A stretch of DNA of 64,000 bases from Patescibacteria group bacterium. Its GTDB lineage: Bacteria > Patescibacteriota > WWE3 > UBA101185 > 2-01-FULL-41-18. Below are positions 49,357-58,433 of this stretch, piece by piece. A program made the translations under genes and the position numbers. Every line of letters begins with the position of its first letter. Position 1 is the stretch's first letter. The notes under the pieces were generated by a model, which did no database searches, was not told the DNA's origin, and was given only the letters and a program-made list of their open reading frames with translations. Location: positions 1,382-65,381 of the forward strand of contig JBBTST010000005.1 in NCBI GenBank assembly GCA_038064575.1. Direction: 5' to 3'.

Positions 49357-49809
49357 ATGTCTGAGGAAAAAAAGAAGGTTTTGGTTTTGCTTCTAGCTTC
49401 TGCATCAGTTCTATTAAGTATTGCGTATTTATACTTCCAAAAACCTGCTGCAAAATCAGTAGCAGAAAAAAAGGAAGAAAAAAATCAAAAACCTTCAAGG
49501 TTTAGAATTGATCTGACTATAATAAATGGCAAAACCCTTCAAAATTTTCAACCTAAGGTGGATGAAGGCTCTACCATACTTGATTTCATGGAAGATCTAA
49601 GGCAAAAAGATGAGCTAAAATATGAGATCACCAAATATTCTTATGGAAACATAATAGAATCCATAAATACTGTAGAAAATAACAAACAATTGGGCATGTC
49701 TTGGAAGCTATACATTAATAATAATCTTTCAGAAGAACTAATAGACAAGACTAAAGTTGATAGAGATAATAAATATAAGTGGATATATGAGAAAGATACA
49801 CAAAAATGA
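49357..49809 (+). CDS. DUF4430-like membrane-anchored protein
   Basis: YG.IIESIN, WKLYINN, C-terminal WIY. Confidence 0.7.
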   Translation: MSEEKKKVLVLLLASASVLLSIAYLYFQKPAAKSVAEKKEEKNQKPSRFRIDLTIINGKTLQNFQPKVDEGSTILDFMEDLRQKDELKYEITKYSYGNIIESINTVENNKQLGMSWKLYINNNLSEELIDKTKVDRDNKYKWIYEKDTQK

Positions 49810-50189
49810 GTGAGCTAAATGACATGTTAAACTCTCACCACCCTAAAAGGCACGCCAGAAGGTTCTATCACGCCTTTAAAGGCTTGGAGCATGTGTTTAG
49901 AAATGAAGCTAATTTTAGGATACATGTGGTGGCAGCTGTTACTGCGTCTCTTCTTGCCTCTTACCTTAACTTCTCAACCACAGAATGGCTGGTCCTTGTA
50001 TTAACCATGGGCTTTGTTCTGATTACTGAGATTCTTAATACCCTGATTGAAGAAATGATAGACCACCTAATCACTGAGCATCATGAAGCTGCAAGAATAA
50101 TAAAAGACGTTGGTGCAGCATCTGTTTTAATGGCTGCTATTATAAGTGTGGTTTCAGGAGCACTCTTATTTATTCCCAAGCTTTTTTAA
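49806..50189 (+). CDS. dgkA: Diacylglycerol/undecaprenol kinase (DgkA family)
   Basis: FYHAFKGL, EANFRIH, EILNTLIEE.ID, IKDVGAASV. Confidence 0.92.
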   Translation: MSELNDMLNSHHPKRHARRFYHAFKGLEHVFRNEANFRIHVVAAVTASLLASYLNFSTTEWLVLVLTMGFVLITEILNTLIEEMIDHLITEHHEAARIIKDVGAASVLMAAIISVVSGALLFIPKLF

Positions 50190-50804
50190 CAATTGATTTA
50201 GTTTTAGCTTAAGCTCCCTCCTGTTTTCCTCTTCAGAAAGTATGTGAGCAACCCCCGGCAATACGGATAGAACTATTATTAAAACAAGTATAGGAAGCAG
50301 GTATTTATCAACATCCGGTATCAAAGCCCCCAGGAAATAGCCAAGCAGAGTCAAACCAAAAGCCCATATAATCCCGCCAATAACATTGTAAGAAACAAAA
50401 GTCTTATAGTGCATGTCTGCAGCTCCGGCTACAATTGGCGCAAAAGTCCTTACTGCGGGAACAAATCTGGCCAATATAATTGTCTTGCCACCATGTTTTT
50501 CATAAAATTTCTTGGCTGACTCTAAATGCCTCTTTTTAAACAGCAAACTATCTTCTTTATTAAATACCTTATTTCCAAGCTTTCTTCCAAACCAGTACCC
50601 TACGGAATCTCCGGAAATTGCAGCTATTGTAAGAAGAGGCAATAATATATAAATATTTAGTAGGTTTTGTGAGGCCAAAAAACCTGCCGTAAACAAAAGG
50701 CTATCTCCCGGTAAAAAAAACCCAAAAAAAAGACCAGATTCAGCAAAAACTATTGAAAAAAGCCCAAGATAACCCGTACTTCTAATAAGTTCTTCCAAAT
50801 GCAT
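50166..50804 (-). CDS. dedA: DedA family membrane protein
   Basis: FAESGL...LPGDSLLF, GDSVGYWFG, ARFVPAVRTFAP. Confidence 0.95.
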   Translation of the reverse strand: MHLEELIRSTGYLGLFSIVFAESGLFFGFFLPGDSLLFTAGFLASQNLLNIYILLPLLTIAAISGDSVGYWFGRKLGNKVFNKEDSLLFKKRHLESAKKFYEKHGGKTIILARFVPAVRTFAPIVAGAADMHYKTFVSYNVIGGIIWAFGLTLLGYFLGALIPDVDKYLLPILVLIIVLSVLPGVAHILSEEENRRELKLKLNQLLKKLGNK

Positions 50805-50826
50805 TGTAAGATTCTACACTAAACTT

Positions 50827-51354
50827 TTATTTGGTGCAGGCGTTAGCATTCCAAAGTCCCCTACCCTCTTCTTCCGCTAACTTCTGAGCTTTTTTAAACT
50901 CGATTTGAAACTTATACGGGTACTTATAGGTATATTCGTAAGCATACCCTTCTTTAATCATAAGTTCATTAATAAAGGGGCCATCTTGTAGGTACGCATA
51001 CCTTAACAACCTCCCATATCTATCAACCACATCCTGCGACTCATCCAAGTCAAGTCGAACATACTTATTATATATAAGCTCTTTTGCCTTAGAACTTGCC
51101 TCTTTACCAAAACACTCAACTTTTCTTCTTGGATCTACTGTTTCAGGAGTATTAACACCTATAAGTCTAATTCTTTGTTTTTTGCCTTGAATTACTACAT
51201 CAAACGTATCCCCATCAACTACTTTTTGAACAAGATAATAAGCTTGCCCATCAGTACCTTGCACTTCACTAGGCCTGCCAAATGAGGCAATAACATAAAT
51301 CAAAAGGCTCGTAGCCAAAGCCAAAACAATCAGAACCTTTTTTTGTTTTGTCAC
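50827..51354 (-). CDS. Thermonuclease (SNase-like), membrane-anchored
   Basis: VVDGDT, RLIGVNTPE, DRYGRLLRY, GRGLW. Confidence 0.95.
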   Translation of the reverse strand: MTKQKKVLIVLALATSLLIYVIASFGRPSEVQGTDGQAYYLVQKVVDGDTFDVVIQGKKQRIRLIGVNTPETVDPRRKVECFGKEASSKAKELIYNKYVRLDLDESQDVVDRYGRLLRYAYLQDGPFINELMIKEGYAYEYTYKYPYKFQIEFKKAQKLAEEEGRGLWNANACTK

Positions 51355-51381
51355 AAATGCATTTTAGTATATTTTGAATTT

Positions 51382-52095
51382 TTAGAACACGGGATTTAAT
51401 GAGTAAATCATATAAAATCCTAGTATCAGCAAGAAAAGCCCTATGCCAAGCCTCATAAGACCTCTATGCTCTTTCCTCCAGCTCTCCAAAGCGTCAGAGG
51501 AAGTGCCAAAATAAGCAATACCAATGATTACAAACAAAGGCAGCACAAAAATCAAATTATACAGAAGCAGCAAAGGAACAGCAGATGAATAAAGACCCTT
51601 AGACAAAAGTCCAAGAATTGCAAGATATGGAGCGCCCGTACAAGGAAGCTCAACAGCAACAACAAAAAGCCCTAACATAACGGTAGTTGCAATTAATAAA
51701 AATGGATGGCTTTGCTCCATTTTCTCCATTTTACTCGTGTACATTTTAATTCTCTCAGCTCCACCTGGGAGAATCTGAAGAGAAAAGCCTTTCCCATACC
51801 AAAAGTAGTCCTTAATTTCCAAAAGACCCGCAACTATAGCTATAAGTGCCGCCATCCAATAAAAAAAGTTAGAAACTCCGGTTGATGCTGTAAATTTCAG
51901 TATTCCTATACCAAGCACCAAATATGCTACATATACAACAGATGTATACAATAGGCCAAAAAGTACCATTTTTTTAGCACTTTTAAAAAGCTTTGTCATG
52001 AAGGCTATCAAAAAAATCAGGACTCCAAAGACACAAGGATTGATACTATCTACCAAAGCTGCCACAATTACTATAGGAAGTGTTATTTCTTGCAT
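51382..52095 (-). CDS. DsbD/CcdA-like transmembrane electron transporter
   Basis: DSINPC and VELPCTG..Y redox cysteines. Confidence 0.85.
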   Translation of the reverse strand: MQEITLPIVIVAALVDSINPCVFGVLIFLIAFMTKLFKSAKKMVLFGLLYTSVVYVAYLVLGIGILKFTASTGVSNFFYWMAALIAIVAGLLEIKDYFWYGKGFSLQILPGGAERIKMYTSKMEKMEQSHPFLLIATTVMLGLFVVAVELPCTGAPYLAILGLLSKGLYSSAVPLLLLYNLIFVLPLFVIIGIAYFGTSSDALESWRKEHRGLMRLGIGLFLLILGFYMIYSLNPVF

Positions 52096-52101
52096 AGCTA
52101 T

Positions 52102-52935
52102 TTACTTTTCCTCTAACAATACATCCGCAAAGGCGGCAAGGCTCTCAAGCTTTTGCAAGCCCTCCAACCTTTTAATTTCAACCCCATCTTGTTCAATTAT
52201 AAAAGTGGGCGTCTTTGTTACTCTCATTTTAAGACACCTTCCAGGATCGCCTCCGGGCCCATCCGGATGGCACTCAACTGCATTTAGTTTAGTATAGGCT
52301 TTACCTAACAACAGTTCTTGACGCTTACAGTTACTGCATTTAAAAGACTTATAATAAATTACGCCTTTTGCATTCATTGCCTCAACAAAAGGTGTGTAAT
52401 CCTTTTTTGTAGAATTTCCGGTCTGAGCAAAGAAAGTTACACCTGAAAGCACTACACCGGCTATAACCACAGGAATAGATAATCTGGCAATATTAGAAAA
52501 ATTCTCTTTCATTGCCAAGAATGACGTTATAAGAATTAGTAGCATTAATATTTTTGAGGTTTCACACAGCACACAATAGGAATTGATAAATAATATTTCA
52601 GTGAGTGTAAAATAAAGCGATGGTATCAAAACAAGAAGAGTCAAAAAGAAAAGGGCTTGAAAGGCATCTCTGGTTTTTTTAAAAAGTACCCATAAAAGAG
52701 CAAAACCAAAGTAACCCATACCAAGAACAGAGATAGGAAGACCAAAGACTTCCGAATAAATACTTGTAGTAACAACATCGCATGAAATTTTTTCAGAAAT
52801 ATCACAGAAAGACCTGGCCAAAGTAAAGTGAATATAGGTCAAATAAGCCATTATCACAAACCCAGCCAAAGACACCACACCCACTACCACCCTAGGTACC
52901 CTATTTTGCTTATCTAATTCATGAGTCAATGCCAT
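52102..52935 (-). CDS. VKOR-thioredoxin fusion
   Basis: FCDISEKISCDVVTTS.YS, YCVLC; C-terminal CSNC...VEC...TPT. Confidence 0.9.
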   Translation of the reverse strand: MALTHELDKQNRVPRVVVGVVSLAGFVIMAYLTYIHFTLARSFCDISEKISCDVVTTSIYSEVFGLPISVLGMGYFGFALLWVLFKKTRDAFQALFFLTLLVLIPSLYFTLTEILFINSYCVLCETSKILMLLILITSFLAMKENFSNIARLSIPVVIAGVVLSGVTFFAQTGNSTKKDYTPFVEAMNAKGVIYYKSFKCSNCKRQELLLGKAYTKLNAVECHPDGPGGDPGRCLKMRVTKTPTFIIEQDGVEIKRLEGLQKLESLAAFADVLLEEK

Positions 52936-53310
52936 CTATTTATTTTTTTTACTAATAAAATACAACAAAGCCAAGGGTGCTCCCCAGTTTGCCCATCTCT
53001 CAACAAAATCCCAAATCGGTTCCTTTACTAAAGGTCTTAGAAGAGCCGTAAAGAATCCCCATACAATAGCCCATAATAGAGCCGGTTTCATAGGCTTAAC
53101 CAAAATACTTAATGCTATAAGTATATCAAAAGCACCCACTAACATAAGCATTGTTGTAGCCATAGGGGTATCAACACCTGTCAATTTTGAAATCCAGCCA
53201 ATCCATTGAGCTTTTTTTTGAAGCGCAAAAATTCCATGTCCAAAAAACTCTCCAAACACTGCTACCCTTAGAGCCCAAACAACATATTTCTCCTGTAGGT
53301 ATTTTTCCAT
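52936..53310 (-). CDS. DoxX-like membrane protein
   Basis: LRVAVFGEFFGHG, ERWANWGAPLALL. Start taken at ATG 53310. Confidence 0.7.
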   Translation of the reverse strand: MEKYLQEKYVVWALRVAVFGEFFGHGIFALQKKAQWIGWISKLTGVDTPMATTMLMLVGAFDILIALSILVKPMKPALLWAIVWGFFTALLRPLVKEPIWDFVERWANWGAPLALLYFISKKNK

Positions 53311-53440
53311 AAAATCCCCTTTCAGTAATTTTAAGTACTTATAATATTCTGTATCACAAAATAACACATGTAAAGGGGATATAACGCATAGACACAAGCT
53401 AATATGACCTCTTACTAACTGTAACTTTAAAGTGGGTGGT

Positions 53441-53968
53441 TTATGATTCTAAATAGTCCAAAACGCCATTCTTATTTATATCATCACTGTTTTTAAAACT
53501 GAAGTCATCTTCTGAAGGGTGTTTATCAAAAACATTTGGTACCCCATCCATATCCAAATCCGTAAAATACTCTGCCTGGCTTACCAGTGGATCGGGATCA
53601 AGAGCATCCACTATACCGTCAAAGTCAGAATCACTGTCAAATCCCTGGTCTACTACGGTAACATAGGTGATTACCTGAGGAGTCTGAATCACTGTTTCAA
53701 CTTGTACTTCCTTTTGCTTTGGTACTGTTTCAGTTCTTACTTCAATATATTCTTCCTCTGCTTCTTTTTTAACTTTCCCTTCACCCTCATCTTCATCTTC
53801 TTCATCCTCTTTCTCATCTTCCCTGTCTTCTTCTTCACTTTTTTCACCTTTCTCTTCTTCCTCCGCATGGGCTCTTTGCACAAAGAAACTTGAGTTTCCA
53901 TTACTAAAAACCAGTACTAAACTAAATACAAAAATTAGGAATAGTATATAACTGGTTTTTATTTTCAT
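53441..53968 (-). CDS. Exported acidic protein with TSP3-like Ca-binding repeats
   Basis: Signal peptide (AHA); DSDFDGIVDALD.DP, DLDMDGVPNVFD.HP, DINKNGVLD. Confidence 0.75.
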   Translation of the reverse strand: MKIKTSYILFLIFVFSLVLVFSNGNSSFFVQRAHAEEEEKGEKSEEEDREDEKEDEEDEDEGEGKVKKEAEEEYIEVRTETVPKQKEVQVETVIQTPQVITYVTVVDQGFDSDSDFDGIVDALDPDPLVSQAEYFTDLDMDGVPNVFDKHPSEDDFSFKNSDDINKNGVLDYLES

Positions 53969-53969
53969 A

Positions 53970-54392
53970 TTAAGACGCTTTCGTACTTTTTGTAACCTTT
54001 GGCTTAGAAGTTTTTATACTTACTGCAGAGCTGGTCTTGACGGGGGCAGAACTCTTTTTTGTTTGAACCTGCGCCGTGGAGGGCTTGGACGGGGTTGTTG
54101 AGGAGGCGATTGATCTTGTATGCTCCTTAACTTTTCCTGGTTGCTCCCTTAATATCTGTTCATACTGAGTCTTAGCTTCCGCCATTAACTTTGAGTACTC
54201 CAATTTGATTTTATTTTTCTCAGCTTCAAATTCCTGCTTAGCAAGATCCTGTTCCCAAGAAAGCTTAGCAGCCCTTTCCAGTTCTTTTTGCATTTTTTTA
54301 TTTTTCTCAGCAAAAGATACACCAATAAAGGAACCAATCAGTAGAACTAAGGTCAGTATCAATGCAAGTACTCTAACTTTTATCTTTGTCAT
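53970..54392 (-). CDS. Hypothetical exported protein (coiled coil, S/T/K-rich tail)
   Basis: 140-aa ORF co-oriented with neighbours. Confidence 0.65.
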   Translation of the reverse strand: MTKIKVRVLALILTLVLLIGSFIGVSFAEKNKKMQKELERAAKLSWEQDLAKQEFEAEKNKIKLEYSKLMAEAKTQYEQILREQPGKVKEHTRSIASSTTPSKPSTAQVQTKKSSAPVKTSSAVSIKTSKPKVTKSTKAS

Positions 54393-54435
54393 ACTAACTA
54401 GAATACCAAACAGTAAATTAAGAGTAGATTAAGAC

Positions 54436-55203
54436 TTACTTAAATAAGTAGGTATCTTCCAGATCAGAATAAGAACTGTCAAATGAATGCTCTTTAAGCC
54501 AAGCTTTAGCTATAACTTTAAAAGAACACTTTTTATTTATAATATGCTCTCCTTCCTCACTTTCCTCTTCCTCCTTGTCATCCTTATCTTCCTCATGATC
54601 ATCATCCTCATCATGATTACTTTTTTTGAAGGTGGTAACAGTAAAATTAAACTGTTGTTTGTTTCCTTTTTTAAGCTCAAGTTGTACCTTGTCTTGATCC
54701 TCATCTATTATCACATTGGTTAACAAACCATCATATAGTATTAAGGCTGTATTATCCTCATCCAAAAATATTTTTAATTTTGCATTGGAACAATAACTAT
54801 TATCCACTATATCTTTAATTTCCAGATTATAGTAAAAATCTAACAACCCCTCATTCTTCACAATTAGAGTTTCTGCTTTAGTTTTTGATCTTTCTTCCTC
54901 ACAGTCGTCATCTTCTTCCCCATCCCTTCTATCCATACCTTTCCACTCATTTTCATGTTCTTTCCTATCATTATCTTCGTTGTCATCAGACTCATCATCA
55001 TCTTCCTTGTCACACTCCTCCTTATCATGGTTATCTTCTTTTTTATTCTGTTTTTTTAAACTTAAATCCAAAGTAAGAGCAGAAAGATTGTTTTCTTCAG
55101 TAAACTCCGTATCAGCATAATAAGAGGATGTGCTTGGAATAAAAAATAAATAGGTTAAAAACAAAAGAATGGTTGACTTTAGCAATAGACTTTTGATTTT
55201 CAT
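54436..55203 (-). CDS. SipW-cognate signal-peptide protein, acidic
   Basis: TSSYYADTE...NNLSALTLDL, VKNEG.LDFYY. Confidence 0.75.
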   Translation of the reverse strand: MKIKSLLLKSTILLFLTYLFFIPSTSSYYADTEFTEENNLSALTLDLSLKKQNKKEDNHDKEECDKEDDDESDDNEDNDRKEHENEWKGMDRRDGEEDDDCEEERSKTKAETLIVKNEGLLDFYYNLEIKDIVDNSYCSNAKLKIFLDEDNTALILYDGLLTNVIIDEDQDKVQLELKKGNKQQFNFTVTTFKKSNHDEDDDHEEDKDDKEEEESEEGEHIINKKCSFKVIAKAWLKEHSFDSSYSDLEDTYLFK

Positions 55204-55204
55204 T

Positions 55205-55759
55205 CTAAATTAAAGATGATATCTTTTCCTTACTTTTTTTCTTTCCTGAAATAGTCTTTAACACTTGAACCTTTATATTCAAAAGCTCAGAATAAATGAT
55301 TATGGTTGCAGGAATTATAATTAGAGATATAAATCCTGGTAGTGTTTTCACAAAAAGCAGTGGAAATCCAACTAAAGGCACACTAAAAATCACTTTTCCC
55401 AACACACTCTCTGCACTAATTTGCCCTGAATCATCAGCATCATTTGAATCACCTTTAGTAGAAAAAGTTACAGGTTTTAAGGCTTGGTCTCTTTTAACTT
55501 TGGAAATTCTGTGTGTAGTAGTCTCCTTAGATCTGGAAGTGTTTCTAAAAGTAATTACATCCCCAATTGCATAATTTTCAAATTGTTTAACAACAATCAA
55601 ACTTCCCATAGGAACAGACGGGAACATAGATCCAGACTGAACACTAAAAACTTTAACTTTAAAAGGTATTTCAAGATTTGAAAGGAAGAGTACAAGTGCT
55701 ACAAAAGCAAGAATCAAGAGTAAACACCAATACAATCCTCCTAAAACTTTTTTTATCAT
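55205..55759 (-). CDS. sipW: ER-type signal peptidase I (S26B)
   Basis: VQSGSMFP, GDVITF, TTHRI, TKGDSN..DD, GKVIFSVPLVG. Start taken at ATG 55759. Confidence 0.92.
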   Translation of the reverse strand: MIKKVLGGLYWCLLLILAFVALVLFLSNLEIPFKVKVFSVQSGSMFPSVPMGSLIVVKQFENYAIGDVITFRNTSRSKETTTHRISKVKRDQALKPVTFSTKGDSNDADDSGQISAESVLGKVIFSVPLVGFPLLFVKTLPGFISLIIIPATIIIYSELLNIKVQVLKTISGKKKSKEKISSLI

Positions 55760-55770
55760 TTTGCTTCCAA

Positions 55771-55793
55771 AGCGGTGGGAGTTACCCACCGCT
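55771..55793 (-). terminator. Intra-operon hairpin after the short TasA-like gene
   Basis: AGCGGTGGG-N5-CCCACCGCT, perfect 9-bp stem with only a short U tract. Confidence 0.6.
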
Positions 55794-55822
55794 CAAAGAA
55801 TATCAATTAACTAACAACTTAC

Positions 55823-56656
55823 CTATAAAACCACACATCTAAAATCTGTGTTGTTTCTGGATTGAACTGCTCTGAATGTAACATCCGCGGTCAGACTGTC
55901 TGACTGGGCGGTGTTATCAACCAGGCTTCCATTACAGGTAAAGCCTGCACCTCTTGGAAGCTGAGTAGCCCCATCTATAGAAGTTGGACCATTTGTAGTC
56001 AGGTTGTCCTGTGTAACTTTAGTTTCAGTTATGGCACCAAAGCACCACCCTTTTCCTATGTATCTTGTGGAGTCTCCGGGTAGGACGTTATTGGTGTCCC
56101 CCCAGATATTGGTTGAAGAATCAGCCAACGCCACTGTTGCTGTCTGGTTGACGGCAAGAGCTCCCAACGGACCTCCTGGAAGAGTAGTCTCATTTGTTTC
56201 AAGTACATTATCCCCATCATCTGCCCACCACAGAAAGTTGACTTGGTCTGCAAGCTCCCCTTCTCCAATACCCAATAATCCTGGAGAGGTGTCCCCTGCT
56301 TGACCTTCAGGCTCAGTTAAGCCGTTGTCATCATCACTCGTTAAAGTAACATCAGCACAAAGCCAGGAATCATTATTATTTACATGAGCACTGATTGTAT
56401 CTTCTCCATAATCTCCGGGTTTAAGATCCCTGAAGTCAAAAAACTTCTGAATGGTTAAATCAGAGATTGTCCAGGTTGTATTAGGAGAAGTTACTCCATT
56501 GTAATAACTTGTATTATCTATTTGAAGGTCAATAGACCCGGCAGCCAACACATTTCCGGTGGATGTTTCAGTGTCCTGAAAAAATGCCCTTGTACCGGCT
56601 ACAGCAATTACAGCCGTTGTTGAAACCACTAATAAACTTGATAGAATCTTTTTCAT
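55823..56656 (-). CDS. TasA/CalY-like SipW-processed protein
   Basis: AGTRAFFQDTETSTGNVLAAGSIDLQID, DLKPGDYGE, FRAVQ; SD AAGGAGGTG. Confidence 0.85.
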   Translation of the reverse strand: MKKILSSLLVVSTTAVIAVAGTRAFFQDTETSTGNVLAAGSIDLQIDNTSYYNGVTSPNTTWTISDLTIQKFFDFRDLKPGDYGEDTISAHVNNNDSWLCADVTLTSDDDNGLTEPEGQAGDTSPGLLGIGEGELADQVNFLWWADDGDNVLETNETTLPGGPLGALAVNQTATVALADSSTNIWGDTNNVLPGDSTRYIGKGWCFGAITETKVTQDNLTTNGPTSIDGATQLPRGAGFTCNGSLVDNTAQSDSLTADVTFRAVQSRNNTDFRCVVL

Positions 56657-56684
56657 TTTCACCTCCTTTTTAAGAAACTTTTAA

Positions 56685-58004
56685 TTACAATTGATTCGCG
56701 CAGGAATCAGTTTTTTTAGCATCAATCGCATCTATATCATATCCATCTGCAGTTGCTGCATGAATTGCTGGATTTGTGGTATCGGTAAGCCTTATATATA
56801 AAATCCAGGAAAATCCGGTTGGGGAAAAATCTTTAAGACCAATCCCAGCTCCCCCTTCACTTGATTGACTTGTCACTTCTCCAATAGATGTAAAATTAAC
56901 TCCATCCGGACTTACTTCAACCAAAGCTTTTTCAAGAGGAAATGTAGCTCTTCCATTAGTTATTTCATGAAAAGAAAGATCAAACCCATCAACATTTACA
57001 ACAGGTTGGTTAAATTTAACCACCAATGACCCGCCAAACCCCAAACTAAAAAAACCTGTTCCCAAAGCCCCATTTCCATCAGGTACGCCCAAGGCATTTG
57101 AAGGCGTACTTCTTGCCGGCAATACGTCTGAACCATCTTTTCTATTGCCCTGGTTGCTGGCAAACACACTATTGGCAAACACATTCTCCGCTATTACACA
57201 ATCCTCCCCTTGACACTTAAAAGTAGCATTGTTTCTAGCCTGAACCGCCGTAAAAGTTATATCTGCCTTCAAACTGTCAGACTGGGTTATGTTATTTTCC
57301 GCGCTTCCACTGCAGTCAATACCGGGATCAATCAAAGGGTTATTATTCCCGGGCGTAACGGCAGATAAGCTCATATTCCCAAAACACCAAGCCTTTCCTA
57401 TATAGTAAGTTTGGTCTGCCTTTGCAGGTTCACCATTTACACCTCCCAATTTATTTTTTATAGAATCTGCCAAAGTCCAGGTAGCATTCAGAACATTCTT
57501 TGCTAGCCCTTGCGCAATTTGAGAAGAGGAGGAAGCCTCATCAGTTTCTAACACATTATCTCCATCATCCCTCCAGAATATAAATTTTATATGAGAAGCA
57601 AGTTCACCATCAAATAAATTTCCACCATCTTCTTCAGCATCACCATCTCCAAGTTCAGGTTCAGTTGAAGATTTATCATCATCCTCAGTTAGAGTTAAAT
57701 TTGCACAAAGCCAAGCCGGGTTTGTGTTTACATGAAGAGAAATTGTATCTTCTCCATAATCTCCGGGTTTCAAATCCTTAAAATCTAAAAATCTTTCCAC
57801 TGTTAAATCTTTTAATTCCCATGAAGTCTCAGGAGAAGCCTCCCCGTTATAATAACTTGTATTGTCTATCTTAAGATCTATTTCTCCTGCTGATAAATTG
57901 TTGTTGGTTGAAGTTTCGGGATCTGAAAAAAATGCATTGGTCCCCGCAATGGCAGATGCAGAAGCAATCAGTATAGCAAGAATGCTAACAGGCAGTTTTT
58001 TCAT
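56685..58004 (-). CDS. TasA/CalY-like protein with extra C-terminal beta domain
   Basis: GTNAFFSDPETSTNNNLSAGEIDLKID, DLKPGDYGE, FTAVQ; C-domain NALGVPD...FSLGFGG...GYDIDAI. Confidence 0.85.
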   Translation of the reverse strand: MKKLPVSILAILIASASAIAGTNAFFSDPETSTNNNLSAGEIDLKIDNTSYYNGEASPETSWELKDLTVERFLDFKDLKPGDYGEDTISLHVNTNPAWLCANLTLTEDDDKSSTEPELGDGDAEEDGGNLFDGELASHIKFIFWRDDGDNVLETDEASSSSQIAQGLAKNVLNATWTLADSIKNKLGGVNGEPAKADQTYYIGKAWCFGNMSLSAVTPGNNNPLIDPGIDCSGSAENNITQSDSLKADITFTAVQARNNATFKCQGEDCVIAENVFANSVFASNQGNRKDGSDVLPARSTPSNALGVPDGNGALGTGFFSLGFGGSLVVKFNQPVVNVDGFDLSFHEITNGRATFPLEKALVEVSPDGVNFTSIGEVTSQSSEGGAGIGLKDFSPTGFSWILYIRLTDTTNPAIHAATADGYDIDAIDAKKTDSCANQL

Positions 58005-58264
58005 GTGGACCTATATTTTCAAAAACCCAAAATTATAGCAAGCAATTTTTATTAGCTCTTTTTAATTTATTATAATCAAAAAGGGAAATGACTTGATTTA
58101 TAGTCTTTACTATTGGCAAAATCAAATACACCTCACGGGAAGCTTTAAAGGTTAAGTTAAACTAAAGATCCTCCAAAATAAGTTTTCTGACTAAAACCAT
58201 TAGTCCAACTATTTTAAACCCAACACTATTGTCAAAGTATAAAATGTTTGAAATTTCTGTTCTC

Positions 58265-58342
58265 TGGGGTGGCTGATGGGACTTGAACCCACAACATCCT
58301 CCTCCACAGGGAGGCGCTCTAACCAATTGAACTACAGCCACC
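58265..58342 (-). tRNA. tRNA-His(GTG)
   Basis: CCTCC-CTGTGGA-GGAGG; encoded G-1 opposite C73; CCA. Confidence 0.96.
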
Positions 58343-58433
58343 ACGCAATTAACTTAAAAAACTAAAGAGATTATACAAAATATCTCCCTTTAAGTCTAAG
58401 TTTTGCTGTGGTTATTGGATTTTTGCCTTTTAC

